Positions 8,848-17,292 of a stretch of 18,925 nucleotides of DNA are shown piece after piece (position 1 is the first letter of the stretch; every line of letters begins with the position of its first letter). Origin of the DNA: Calditrichia bacterium (lineage in GTDB: Bacteria > Calditrichota > Calditrichia > RBG-13-44-9); contig JARRQT010000159.1 of the NCBI GenBank assembly GCA_037381445.1, positions 1 through 18,925 on the forward strand. The letters are read 5' to 3'. The translations under genes and the position numbers were made by a program. Under the pieces are notes generated by a model that was not told where the DNA came from, did no database searches, and saw nothing but the letters and a program-made list of their open reading frames with translations.

Positions 8848-8902
8848 AATGTTTGAACATTTATTGTCGATACAATATATGTATATACATTTATCCAAAC
8901 AA
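8848..8902 (-). promoter_or_regulatory. marR promoter overlapped by three tandem TGT-N4-ACA operator palindromes
   Basis: AATGT-TTGA-ACATT, ATTGT-CGAT-ACAAT, TATGT-ATAT-ACATT with TGT at 8850, 8865 and 8880; minus-strand TTGTTT(8902-8897)-N17-TATATT(8879-8874). Confidence 0.65.
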
Positions 8903-9008
8903 TCCAATTTTCCTTTTTCAAATAAAAATAACAAAAATTTTTTTGAGCGAACTTTCAGCTTATATTTTCGAATAATGTGAGGTTCATAAAAACCGAAAGG
9001 AAAGAAGG

Positions 9009-10481
9009 ATGAAATCATTGGCATTCATGACGTTTGTGCTTGTGCTGTTTCCCGTCTTGCTTTTTTCGCAGAATGATGTACAGTTCAGTCAGTATTTCAA
9101 AGATGCCACCATGCGCATCGATTACTATCACATCGGCGACGCCAAATACCAGACCATTACCGTGGACAAAGTCTACCAGCAGGGCATCTGGGCAGGTAGT
9201 CAAAAAAATCTCATCGACAACTTCAATAACGGTCGCTATTATGTAAAGATTTATGATGCGGCCTCCGGAAAGCTTATCTACTCCAAGGGATTTGACAGCT
9301 ATTTCGGCGAGTATCAGACCTCCGAACCGGCCTCGAAGGGAATTCAAAGAACTTATCAGGAATCGGCGCTGATTCCGTATCCCAAAAGCACCATCCGGTT
9401 TACCATTGAAAGAAGGGATAAAGAAAACAAACTGCAGCCTTTGTTCAGCCAGGAAATCAATCCCAACAGCGTGGATGTCATTCGCGAGCCGCTGGGCAAA
9501 GGGGTAACGGTGATTGAAGAGGTGAAGAACGGCGACCCGCATATCAAGGCTGACATTGCATTCATCGCAGAAGGTTACACCGCCGAACAGGAAGGAAAAT
9601 TCCGCGAAGACCTGAAGCGGTTTACGGAGGTATTTTTCAATCAGGAACCATACAAATCCATGAAAAGTGATTTCAATATCTACGGCGTTTTCAAGCCTTC
9701 TGCGGAGAGCGGCACCGACGAACCGACCCACGGCAGCTATAAAAATACTACACTGAATACAACTTTCAATTCGCTCGGTTCGGAACGCTACCTGCTGACC
9801 GAGGACAACAAAAGCCTGCGGGATGTGGCCGCCCATGTTCCCTACGACGCGCTGGTTATCATGGTCAATTCCAGCCGTTACGGCGGCGGCGGCATATACA
9901 ACCTTTACTGCACTTTTACCGTGGACAACCAATGGTGCAATTACCTTCTGCTGCATGAATTCGGTCACTCTTTCTCCGGGCTGGCGGACGAATACTATAC
10001 CTCGGATGTGGCTTACAATGAATTCTATCCCCAGGGCATAGAGCCTGTGGAGCCGAATATCACCGCGCTGCTCAATCCGCCGCAGGTCAAATGGGATTCG
10101 CTGACCACTCCGGGTATTGCCATTCCGACACCCTGGGAAAAAGCGGATTTTGATTCCATGGATTTGAAATACCAGAAAATCCGGCGGGAGCTGAACAACA
10201 AAATCGCCAAAATGAAACGCGAAGGCGCTCCCGAAAAGGAAGTAAAAGCGCTGGAAGAGAGGTCAGAAAAACTCTCCCGCGAAAATGCCCAGAAGGTAGA
10301 CGATTACCTGAAGCACAGCAAATACTGGGGTAAAGTAGGAGCCTTTGAGGGCGCAGGATATGCTTCCACCGGGCTCTATCGTTCCATGCTGGACTGCATC
10401 ATGTTCAGCAAGGGCGCCAAGCCGTACTGCACAGTCTGCGAACATGCCGTCGAGAATGTAATACATCACTATACTGAATAA
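9009..10481 (+). CDS. Peptidase M64 (IgA peptidase family) zinc metallopeptidase, secreted
   Basis: Signal peptide, N-terminal TMRIDYYH domain, AEGYT, YGGGG, HEFGHSFSGLADEY, C-terminal DCIMF...CTVC. Confidence 0.93.
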   Translation: MKSLAFMTFVLVLFPVLLFSQNDVQFSQYFKDATMRIDYYHIGDAKYQTITVDKVYQQGIWAGSQKNLIDNFNNGRYYVKIYDAASGKLIYSKGFDSYFGEYQTSEPASKGIQRTYQESALIPYPKSTIRFTIERRDKENKLQPLFSQEINPNSVDVIREPLGKGVTVIEEVKNGDPHIKADIAFIAEGYTAEQEGKFREDLKRFTEVFFNQEPYKSMKSDFNIYGVFKPSAESGTDEPTHGSYKNTTLNTTFNSLGSERYLLTEDNKSLRDVAAHVPYDALVIMVNSSRYGGGGIYNLYCTFTVDNQWCNYLLLHEFGHSFSGLADEYYTSDVAYNEFYPQGIEPVEPNITALLNPPQVKWDSLTTPGIAIPTPWEKADFDSMDLKYQKIRRELNNKIAKMKREGAPEKEVKALEERSEKLSRENAQKVDDYLKHSKYWGKVGAFEGAGYASTGLYRSMLDCIMFSKGAKPYCTVCEHAVENVIHHYTE

Positions 10482-10502
10482 CCAATTTGTATTCTGATTT
10501 TT

Positions 10503-10531
10503 AAAAGGGCGGGTAATTTCCTGCCCTTTTT
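10503..10531 (+). terminator. Intrinsic terminator (possibly bidirectional)
   Basis: AAAAGGGCGGG-TAATTT-CCTGCCCTTTTT, 22 nt after the M64 stop. Confidence 0.8.
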
Positions 10532-10857
10532 CATTTTGGCGCTCCCAGGTTATCCCGGAATTCCATTGCCCTTGCCCCGCCGGGCGGTAGGCAAGGAAAT
10601 TCACAGAACCTGCGTCCGCCGCTTTGCCGGGAAATTTTTGTGAATCCGGCAGCTAACATGAATGGACTGCGGCTTATTCTCATAAGATAAAATCTATTTC
10701 CCTCAAAATAAGAATAATGTTTTACCTTGAAAATAAAAACAACACAACTTTGGGAAAATCCTCCCGTAAGTTAAACCGCTGCTTCAAAATAACCGGGTGA
10801 AATGATAAACGGATGGAATTCAACTTGTCCATGGTATTGCCTTTTCACCTGTTCGGT

Positions 10858-10885
10858 TTGTCATCTGCACAAAAATGCATATATT
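10858..10885 (+). promoter_or_regulatory. Putative sigma70-like promoter
   Basis: TTGTCA-N16-TATATT upstream of the DUF5686 gene. Confidence 0.45.
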
Positions 10886-10965
10886 GTTTGAGCGACTCAT
10901 GCGAAGAGTGATTTAAATAGTGAATCATTGGGAAATGCAAAATGTATAAAGGAATCGCGGTGGTT

Positions 10966-13350
10966 ATGAGAAAGAGATTTTTCACATTGTCCTTTTTTCT
11001 TCTCGGCTGTCTATCGGGCTCCCTGTTCGGGCAGAAAATTATTCACGGGGTCATCCGGGACGCTGAATCAAGGGATTTTCTGCCGGCAGCCAACATCCAG
11101 ATCGAAGGCACCTTCAAGGGCACCATCACCAATGAAAATGGCGAATATATCCTGAAACTGGATGAACTTCCCGCTGCCCTGCTGGTCAGCTACATCGGCT
11201 ACGCCAGCCAGCGAATTCCCATCAGCCGGAACTCCGCTGACAGGCAGGACATCCTGTTGACACCGGTCGCTTACGAACTGGAGCCCATTGTTGTGACCGG
11301 CGAGGATCCAGCCATTCGCATCATGCGGGAAGTAATCAGGCGCAAACAGCAATGGCGCGCCGGCCTCAAAACCTACAGCGCCGAGGCTTACACCCGCATG
11401 GTACTGGAAAACGACACCAGCATCACCTCCATTATGGAAAGCATCAGCACAGCCTACTGGGATAAAAAACGGGGAACCCGGGAAATGGTCAGCTCCAGGC
11501 GGCAGACTTCCAATATGAGCTCCAATGAAAATTTCGCCGCTGTAGGGCAGATTACCAATATGTATGACGATGATGTCGAGATCGGGGGATTCCGGGTGGT
11601 CGGCGTGACCCATCCTGACGCGCTGGACTATTATGATTTTAAGCTGGAAGGCCAGCGCCAACTGGATAACAAAATTGTTTACGACATTTCGGTGTGGCCC
11701 AAATCCAAACTGCAGCCTGCTTTTATGGGAAGGATTGCGGTGCTGGACAGTATGTTTGCAATGATCCAGGTGGACCTCAAACCCGGAAAAGCAGTTCTTT
11801 TCCCTCCCCCCATTCAGGAATGGAATCTGGAATACAAACAGCAGTTCAGCAACTTCGGGAAAGAATACTGGCTGCCGGTGGATATCCACACCAGCGGTTC
11901 CATCAAAATCGGATTCATCGGGCTGCAGTTCCCGCTCATTAAGATAAGCAGCATCTCCCGGCTCAGCGATTACAAAATCAACATTGCGCTGCCCGATTCT
12001 CTCTACAAATCGAAGGAAGAAGTCCTTACCGATTCCAGTCGGATTCAGGAGAATCCGGATTCCGTATTCACCCAAAATCCGGAGGTCGTTCCCTTTTCCG
12101 GGGAGGAGAAAACAGCCTACAGCAGGCTGGACAGCACCATGACGCTGGAAAAGGCCTACAAGCCAACCGGTGCACTGGCCAGGTTTGTTACAGTCGAGAG
12201 CGATCATAACAACGGAAAAAACGGTCAAAAATCGCGCAAGACCATCCTGTCGGATATCAGTCCCATTCTGGGCTATAACCGGGTGGATGAGGCCACGCTG
12301 GGAATTGAAAAATCGTTTGAGTTTCCTGCAAACTGGAAGGTAAATATTTATGGCGGTTATAAAACCGGCATCCAGCGGGGATTCTTTGGCGGTGAAGTTC
12401 AAAAGCAGATCGGGAAGAAAAAGTCCTGGCGGGCCGGATTGAAATATTCCCGCAACACCGACACCCGCTACACCTCCGTCCATTATCCGCAACTCTTCAA
12501 CAGCTTTCAGACACTGCTGGGATATGACGATTATTTTGATTATTACTGGAATGAAAAATTTGCAGCGTCGCTGGGTTATTCCATCTCCCCCCTCCGATCA
12601 GCAATTACGGTGAGTTTTCATGACGAGATGCAACACTCGCTGGGCAAAACAACGGATTATAACCTGTTGGGAAGAACAGTTGTACAGAGAGATAATCCTG
12701 CTGTTCCGGAAGGAAGATTACGGTCCTTTGAACTCAGACTGGTAACCGGCGATGACTTCATCCCCTTTGGCGTGATCGGGCAAAACCATCTGGAAGTGAG
12801 CATTGAACACAGTTCGCCGGACATTTTGTCCAGTGATTTCGATTTTATGTGTTACCGGATGGCGCTGGATTTACGTATCCCCACCTTTTTAAGAAGAAGA
12901 CTGCTGCCCAACGTGCTGGACCTGCGGCTGGTGGCCGGAACTGCACAGGGAAATCTTCCTCCCCAGCGATTCGGGATTCTGGACGGCGCGTTACAAATTT
13001 TCAGTCCCTTTGGGGTCTTTAAAAGTCTGACGGACCAGCCCTATGAAGGAGAAAAATACGCCGGGATTTTCTGGGAACATAATTTCAGGACCGTTCCCCT
13101 GGAAATACTGGGGCTGCGTTCACTGGCACAGAAAGGCATCGGCATTATCCTGCATGGAGCATCGGGCAGGACCTGGATATCAGATCGAACCCTCAATCGG
13201 CTGACTTACACGCCCCGGGCTGCCAATGAATTTCATCATGAACTGGGAATTTCAGTCAATGGGCTGTTCGGTTTATTCCGGGTAGATTTCACCCGCCGGC
13301 TGGATGAGCCGGGGTATTTTCTGGGATTCAGTCTCGCGAGGCTTTTTTAG
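10966..13350 (+). CDS. DUF5686 and carboxypeptidase-regulatory-like domain outer membrane beta-barrel protein (alternative start 10942)
   Basis: Signal peptide from MRKRFF; CarbopepD_reg-like N-domain (GTITNENGEY, VSYIGY); EDPAIRIMREVI, YNRVD; alternating beta-strands and terminal Phe. Confidence 0.82.
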   Translation: MRKRFFTLSFFLLGCLSGSLFGQKIIHGVIRDAESRDFLPAANIQIEGTFKGTITNENGEYILKLDELPAALLVSYIGYASQRIPISRNSADRQDILLTPVAYELEPIVVTGEDPAIRIMREVIRRKQQWRAGLKTYSAEAYTRMVLENDTSITSIMESISTAYWDKKRGTREMVSSRRQTSNMSSNENFAAVGQITNMYDDDVEIGGFRVVGVTHPDALDYYDFKLEGQRQLDNKIVYDISVWPKSKLQPAFMGRIAVLDSMFAMIQVDLKPGKAVLFPPPIQEWNLEYKQQFSNFGKEYWLPVDIHTSGSIKIGFIGLQFPLIKISSISRLSDYKINIALPDSLYKSKEEVLTDSSRIQENPDSVFTQNPEVVPFSGEEKTAYSRLDSTMTLEKAYKPTGALARFVTVESDHNNGKNGQKSRKTILSDISPILGYNRVDEATLGIEKSFEFPANWKVNIYGGYKTGIQRGFFGGEVQKQIGKKKSWRAGLKYSRNTDTRYTSVHYPQLFNSFQTLLGYDDYFDYYWNEKFAASLGYSISPLRSAITVSFHDEMQHSLGKTTDYNLLGRTVVQRDNPAVPEGRLRSFELRLVTGDDFIPFGVIGQNHLEVSIEHSSPDILSSDFDFMCYRMALDLRIPTFLRRRLLPNVLDLRLVAGTAQGNLPPQRFGILDGALQIFSPFGVFKSLTDQPYEGEKYAGIFWEHNFRTVPLEILGLRSLAQKGIGIILHGASGRTWISDRTLNRLTYTPRAANEFHHELGISVNGLFGLFRVDFTRRLDEPGYFLGFSLARLF

Positions 13351-13368
13351 TTCGGAAAAACAAATATG

Positions 13369-13388
13369 CGCGAATGGATTAATTCGCG
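13369..13388. terminator. Hairpin between convergent genes
   Basis: CGCGAAT-GGATTA-ATTCGCG; U-rich tail only on the minus strand. Confidence 0.4.
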
Positions 13389-13400
13389 ATGCAAGCATCT

Positions 13401-13874
13401 TCAGACAGGTTTTGTGATCTGTGCCCGGAATTCGCTGATAAGCTGATCGATCTTATGATGCGCCGTTGAAAAATGCTTTAACACGCGGCGGGACAATTCC
13501 ACCGATGTTTCATATTCTTCCGGCACGATCTCGCTGGCACCCAGCCGCTGTAGTTCCGGGACATCCTGAATGTAACGGGTCCGCACTACAATTTGCACCT
13601 TCGGATTCATTCCCCTTATCGATTGAGTGATGCGCAGCGCCGCATCCGGGTCATTCAGCGCCAGCACCACCATTCTCGCCGACCCGATGCCGGCATGCTG
13701 CAATATCTCCTGCTGGGTCGCATCTCCGAAAAATATGGGTATCCCCTCTTTACTCTCCCTGAGCACGGTGGCTGGATTCAAATCGATGACGATAAACGGA
13801 ATGTTAACTTTGCGCGCCATACCCGCCAGGTGTCTTCCATTTTCTCCGAAACCAATAATAATCAGATGGTCCAC
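13401..13874 (-). CDS. RCK_N/TrkA-N domain, separated C-terminal half of a KefB/C-like antiporter
   Basis: DHLIIIGFGENG nucleotide-binding motif, FGDAT, IVVRTR, LGASEIVPEEYETS; lies in the -1 frame relative to the upstream membrane ORF and overlaps it by 13 nt. Confidence 0.85.
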   Translation of the reverse strand: MDHLIIIGFGENGRHLAGMARKVNIPFIVIDLNPATVLRESKEGIPIFFGDATQQEILQHAGIGSARMVVLALNDPDAALRITQSIRGMNPKVQIVVRTRYIQDVPELQRLGASEIVPEEYETSVELSRRVLKHFSTAHHKIDQLISEFRAQITKPV

Positions 13875-15010
13875 CAGGGGCCCGGCAGCATAACAAAGGG
13901 CGTTGCCATCATGGTGAGAATCGATACCGCCAGAAAGATCTGGTAAGCGGTATCGGAAATGAGATTAAATTTCAGACCTTCCCGGGAAAGAATGAAGGAG
14001 AATTCCCCGATCTGGGCCAGCGGCAATACCGCCAGAACGACCGTCCTCATGGGATAGCGCAGAAACAATGTGGCAACGCCGCCGGTCAGCAATTTCAGCA
14101 CAATTACACCGGCAGCAACCAGAATGACAATTTCGGGATTGGAAAGAATTGTCCGGACATTGAGGAGCATTCCTATCGAGACAAAGAAGAAACTCATAAA
14201 AATATCACGAAACGGCAAAATGTGCCCGAAGGCGCTATGGCTGTATTCCGTTTCGGAAACAATGAGCCCTGCCAGAAACGCGCCCAAAGCGAGGGAAAGT
14301 CCCATCCAGGAGGTCATCCACGCGATAGAAAAAACAAGAAAAGCGATGCTCAACAGGAAAAGCTCCCGGTTACGGGAAGCGGCAATATTTTTCAGGAGGA
14401 ACGGCACCAGCCATTTGCTGCCGGTATAAATGATTACCAGCAGGAAGGCAATCTGCCCGCTGAACGTCAGAAGCGAAAAGCCGGTCTCGCCCGAAGCCCC
14501 TGCCAGGAAAGGGATCAGCATCATCATGGGCACGATGATGATATCCTGAAAAATAAGAATTCCAATGGAAATGCGGCCATGCGGCGTATCGGTAGCGCCG
14601 CGCTCCTGCAGTAGTTTGATGACAATAGCGGTGCTGCTCAGGGCCGCCAGAAAGCCCAGAAAAACAGCTTCCGGCCGTGATAGATTGAAATAACGCGCCG
14701 CGAACATTACTGCCAGAAATGTGAGCAACACCTGCAGCGTCCCGCCCACCAGTACCGGCTGTTTAAGCTTCAGCAGACGCTTGAAAGAAAATTCCAGCCC
14801 CAGTGAGAAAAGGAGAAGGATGACGCCAATTTCCGCCATCACCTCCACCTCCTTAACAGCGTTGACCAAACCGAAACCATAGGGACCCGCCACAATACCG
14901 GTTAAAAGGAATCCCACAATGGTCGGGATTTTCAATCTGGAAAACACAAACATAACCACAGTTCCCAGACCCAGGATGACAAGCATATCTTTGAGAATCG
15001 GAATTTCCAT
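13862..15010 (-). CDS. CPA2 family monovalent cation:proton antiporter, membrane domain (KefB/KefC/YbaL-like); split gene or possible pseudogene
   Basis: AEIGVILLLFSLGLEFS, ALSSTAIV, ILIFQDI, ALGAFLAG, FFFVSIGM, LAQIGEFSF; ends abruptly after the last TM (ATPFVMLPGPWWTI*). Confidence 0.9.
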   Translation of the reverse strand: MEIPILKDMLVILGLGTVVMFVFSRLKIPTIVGFLLTGIVAGPYGFGLVNAVKEVEVMAEIGVILLLFSLGLEFSFKRLLKLKQPVLVGGTLQVLLTFLAVMFAARYFNLSRPEAVFLGFLAALSSTAIVIKLLQERGATDTPHGRISIGILIFQDIIIVPMMMLIPFLAGASGETGFSLLTFSGQIAFLLVIIYTGSKWLVPFLLKNIAASRNRELFLLSIAFLVFSIAWMTSWMGLSLALGAFLAGLIVSETEYSHSAFGHILPFRDIFMSFFFVSIGMLLNVRTILSNPEIVILVAAGVIVLKLLTGGVATLFLRYPMRTVVLAVLPLAQIGEFSFILSREGLKFNLISDTAYQIFLAVSILTMMATPFVMLPGPWWTI

Positions 15011-15184
15011 CTTTCACCGCCGTTGGTTGGATTTGATATTTTCTGCAAAAGAATAATCGATGTCGGGAAGAATACATCCCCCGTAAATTAGCCGGAAGCA
15101 ATTTTTGATAACAGGAACCTATACTCGAAAAGCCCGGGGACCAGGAATGATCCTGCAGGAGCGAGTGAAAAGGAACAGCTTTTT

Positions 15185-16441
15185 CTAATTTACCTCATTT
15201 TTTGCAGCAGATATACGAAGTTCTTCCCCGCCCATTTGAGCTTCCTTTGCGGAAGATGTCAGCAGTCCCAGGATACCCAGTCCCCAAATGGCGGAGATCA
15301 GGGAGGCCAGCAGAATGCCCACTTTTGAATAGAAAAGGAATGCTCCTTCTCCAAAACCGAGATTGGCAATGAAGAGCGACATGGTAAAGCCGATTCCCGC
15401 CAGACTTGCCGCCCCGTAAATCTGTCCCCAGGAAACGCCTTCCGGCAGATCCGCCAGCCCGCTTCGGACAGACACCCACGAGAAGAATGTGATACCGATC
15501 TGTTTCCCCAGAATGAGCCCGGCAATGATTCCCAGCGTTACCGGGTGACCTATCGCGCTGGCGGAATTCCCGCCCAGCATTACGCCGGCGTTGGCCAGGG
15601 CGAAAACAGGGATAATTCCATAGGCGACCCAGGGATTAAGAGCATGCTCCATGCGCTCCAGGAGTGATTCGTCAGAGTCATCCGGGGATTGAGAGGGAAT
15701 AGTCATGGCCAGCAGGACTCCCGCGATGGTGGCATGAACCCCTGATTTCAGGAATGCCACCCACATTCCCGCACCCAGCAGAACATAAATGAAAGATTTG
15801 CGGATCCCCAGGCGGTTTGAGAGAATAAGCAGCATTAAAAAAACACCGCCGGCAGCCAGTGCCCCCCAGGCAATTTCCGAGGTATAGAAAAAGGCAATCA
15901 CCAGCACCGCCCCAAGGTCATCCACGATGGCAAGTGCGGTGAGAAAGACTTTCAGGGACACCGGTGCCCGCGAACCCAGAAGGGCCAGAATTCCCAGGGC
16001 AAAAGCGATATCGGTGGCCATGGGAATCCCCCACCCGGGGAAACCCGGGCTTCCGGCATTGAGGATCATATAAATTCCTGCAGGCAGAATCATTCCGCCC
16101 AGGGCAGCAGCCATGGGAAGTATTGCCTTTCGGAGCGATGCGAGTTCTCCCGTCAGCACCTCTCTCTTAATTTCAAGGCCAACCAGGAAAAAGAATATCG
16201 CCATTAACCCGTCATTTATCCAGAGTATCAACGGCTTGGAAAGAGCGAAGGTCTCGAATCCAATAGTAAACCTGAGCTGCAATATCGACTGGTAAAACTC
16301 CTGCCAGCCCGAATTTGCCCAGATCAGCGCAATAATGGTGCTTGCCAGCAGCAATATTCCCCCGCTGGACTCCATCTGAAAAAATTCCCGAAAAGGCCGG
16401 ATCAATAGTGAATTTTTCATCTGTGCCTTATTTTCTTTCAC
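15185..16441 (-). CDS. nhaA: Na+/H+ antiporter NhaA
   Basis: WINDGLMAIFFFLVGLEIKRE, GWGIPMATDIAF, AIVDDLGA (DD ion site), SGVHAT, GKQIG, GIGFTMSLFI; GTG start with GGAG RBS. Confidence 0.97.
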   Translation of the reverse strand: MKENKAQMKNSLLIRPFREFFQMESSGGILLLASTIIALIWANSGWQEFYQSILQLRFTIGFETFALSKPLILWINDGLMAIFFFLVGLEIKREVLTGELASLRKAILPMAAALGGMILPAGIYMILNAGSPGFPGWGIPMATDIAFALGILALLGSRAPVSLKVFLTALAIVDDLGAVLVIAFFYTSEIAWGALAAGGVFLMLLILSNRLGIRKSFIYVLLGAGMWVAFLKSGVHATIAGVLLAMTIPSQSPDDSDESLLERMEHALNPWVAYGIIPVFALANAGVMLGGNSASAIGHPVTLGIIAGLILGKQIGITFFSWVSVRSGLADLPEGVSWGQIYGAASLAGIGFTMSLFIANLGFGEGAFLFYSKVGILLASLISAIWGLGILGLLTSSAKEAQMGGEELRISAAKNEVN

Positions 16442-16498
16442 CTGTTCTGCTCCACGCTTTTAAATGATTCCGAATATGGGTTTCTATAAAACAGACTG

Positions 16499-16684
16499 CT
16501 ATTTCTGCTGAAATCCTTTCCCGGAAAGTGAGCGAATGAATTTTTCAATCATCTCAATCCGCAATCCTAAAAGTGCCGCACCCGCCAGAATAAAGATGAT
16601 ACCGGGCATCAGCGGAAGCACAAGCCCGACCAAACCGATACCCAGCAGCAGAATACCGGCAATTTTTTTAATTTTCATTTCCAT
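16499..16684 (-). CDS. Small 2-TM membrane protein, PGPGW/DUF454-like
   Basis: 61 aa, IAGILLLGIGLVGLVLPLMPGIIFILAGAALL hairpin motif, basic termini. Confidence 0.75.
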   Translation of the reverse strand: MEMKIKKIAGILLLGIGLVGLVLPLMPGIIFILAGAALLGLRIEMIEKFIRSLSGKGFQQK

Positions 16685-16728
16685 GTCAACAGCTCTTCAA
16701 ATCAAAATGGACTGTAATTTTTTATGCA

Positions 16729-16779
16729 CATACGACACGGGACAGTCTGTCCGCTAATCACAGCCGGTAACATCGTACG
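16729..16779 (-). ncRNA. Candidate structured cis-regulatory RNA upstream of the nhaA operon
   Basis: P1 CGUACGAUG/UGUCGUAUG (9 bp including 3 G-U, so it pairs fully only on the minus strand) enclosing GCUG-UGAU-UAGC and GGACA-GAC-UGUCC hairpins; no known family recognised. Confidence 0.3.
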
Positions 16780-16832
16780 ATTCAAATGGACACCTGCAAT
16801 TTATTGATCTGCTCCATTTTCGATTCCGGATT

Positions 16833-16895
16833 TCAATATATTTTGGCCACAGATAAATGCCCGTTATGAGCGTTATAAACGTCTAAAAATAACAT
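16833..16895 (-). CDS. Possible 20-aa small ORF MLFLDVYNAHNGHLSVAKIY
   Basis: AGGAGGGAAGGGA purine tract directly upstream of ATG 16895; no homology recognised. Confidence 0.3.
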   Translation of the reverse strand: MLFLDVYNAHNGHLSVAKIY

Positions 16896-17035
16896 ATTCC
16901 CTTCCCTCCTGCAAATATTATTTTTACAAAGATATAATTCCGCAGGTAAGATTAACTCTGATTCATGGGATTATGGGATCCCTTATCTTGCGTCCGGCAG
17001 GCTGGCCAGTTTTAACGAAATCCCGAGCAGATTAA

Positions 17036-17152
17036 TCAGCTCAGCATGCCCAGCACAATAACCGCTGCAAAAAGAAACAGGAAGAGCAATACTACCCAGA
17101 TGCCGCTGCTGCTCTTCTGGTTCTCGCTGTTCTCAAGGTCTTTGTTTTCCAT
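17036..17152 (-). CDS. 38-aa single-pass membrane microprotein MENKDLENSENQKSSSGIWVVLLFLFLFAAVIVLGMLS
   Basis: Perfect AAGGAGGA RBS at good spacing; polar N-terminus plus 20-residue hydrophobic C-terminal helix; below the ORF-track size cutoff. Confidence 0.75.
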   Translation of the reverse strand: MENKDLENSENQKSSSGIWVVLLFLFLFAAVIVLGMLS

Positions 17153-17241
17153 TTTATCCTCCTTTTAATTCATATCTTGTTTTGCCTGTTCTGATGGTTC
17201 GCCGTTGAATCCCGGAATCCTGTAAAATGAGATTCCGGGGC

Positions 17242-17292
17242 TTACCTTGGCCAAATGCAGAAAGCTGAGCCGGTTAAGTACTTGAGTTGCAT
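17242..17292 (-). CDS. Possible 16-aa leader peptide MQLKYLTGSAFCIWPR
   Basis: AAAGGAG 2 nt before the ATG (short spacing); stop followed 2 nt later by the hairpin at 17211-17239. Confidence 0.3.
   Translation of the reverse strand: MQLKYLTGSAFCIWPR

Noticed and set aside
9015..9968. 317-aa minus-strand ORF
   Set aside because: Antisense shadow of the well-supported M64 peptidase; no recognisable motifs
10642..10657. GAATCCGGCAGCTAAC resembles the 3' end of the c-di-AMP (ydaO) riboswitch
   Set aside because: The 5' conserved elements (GCTGAATCC, GGGGGA, GTAGGG) are absent, and it is not upstream of the K+ transporter
11068..12492. 474-aa minus-strand ORF
   Set aside because: Antisense shadow of the DUF5686 gene, explained by codon bias; no domain features
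17191..17206. GATGGTTCGCC, fluoride-riboswitch-like
   Set aside because: Wrong strand for nhaA and lacks the GCTGATGAC element
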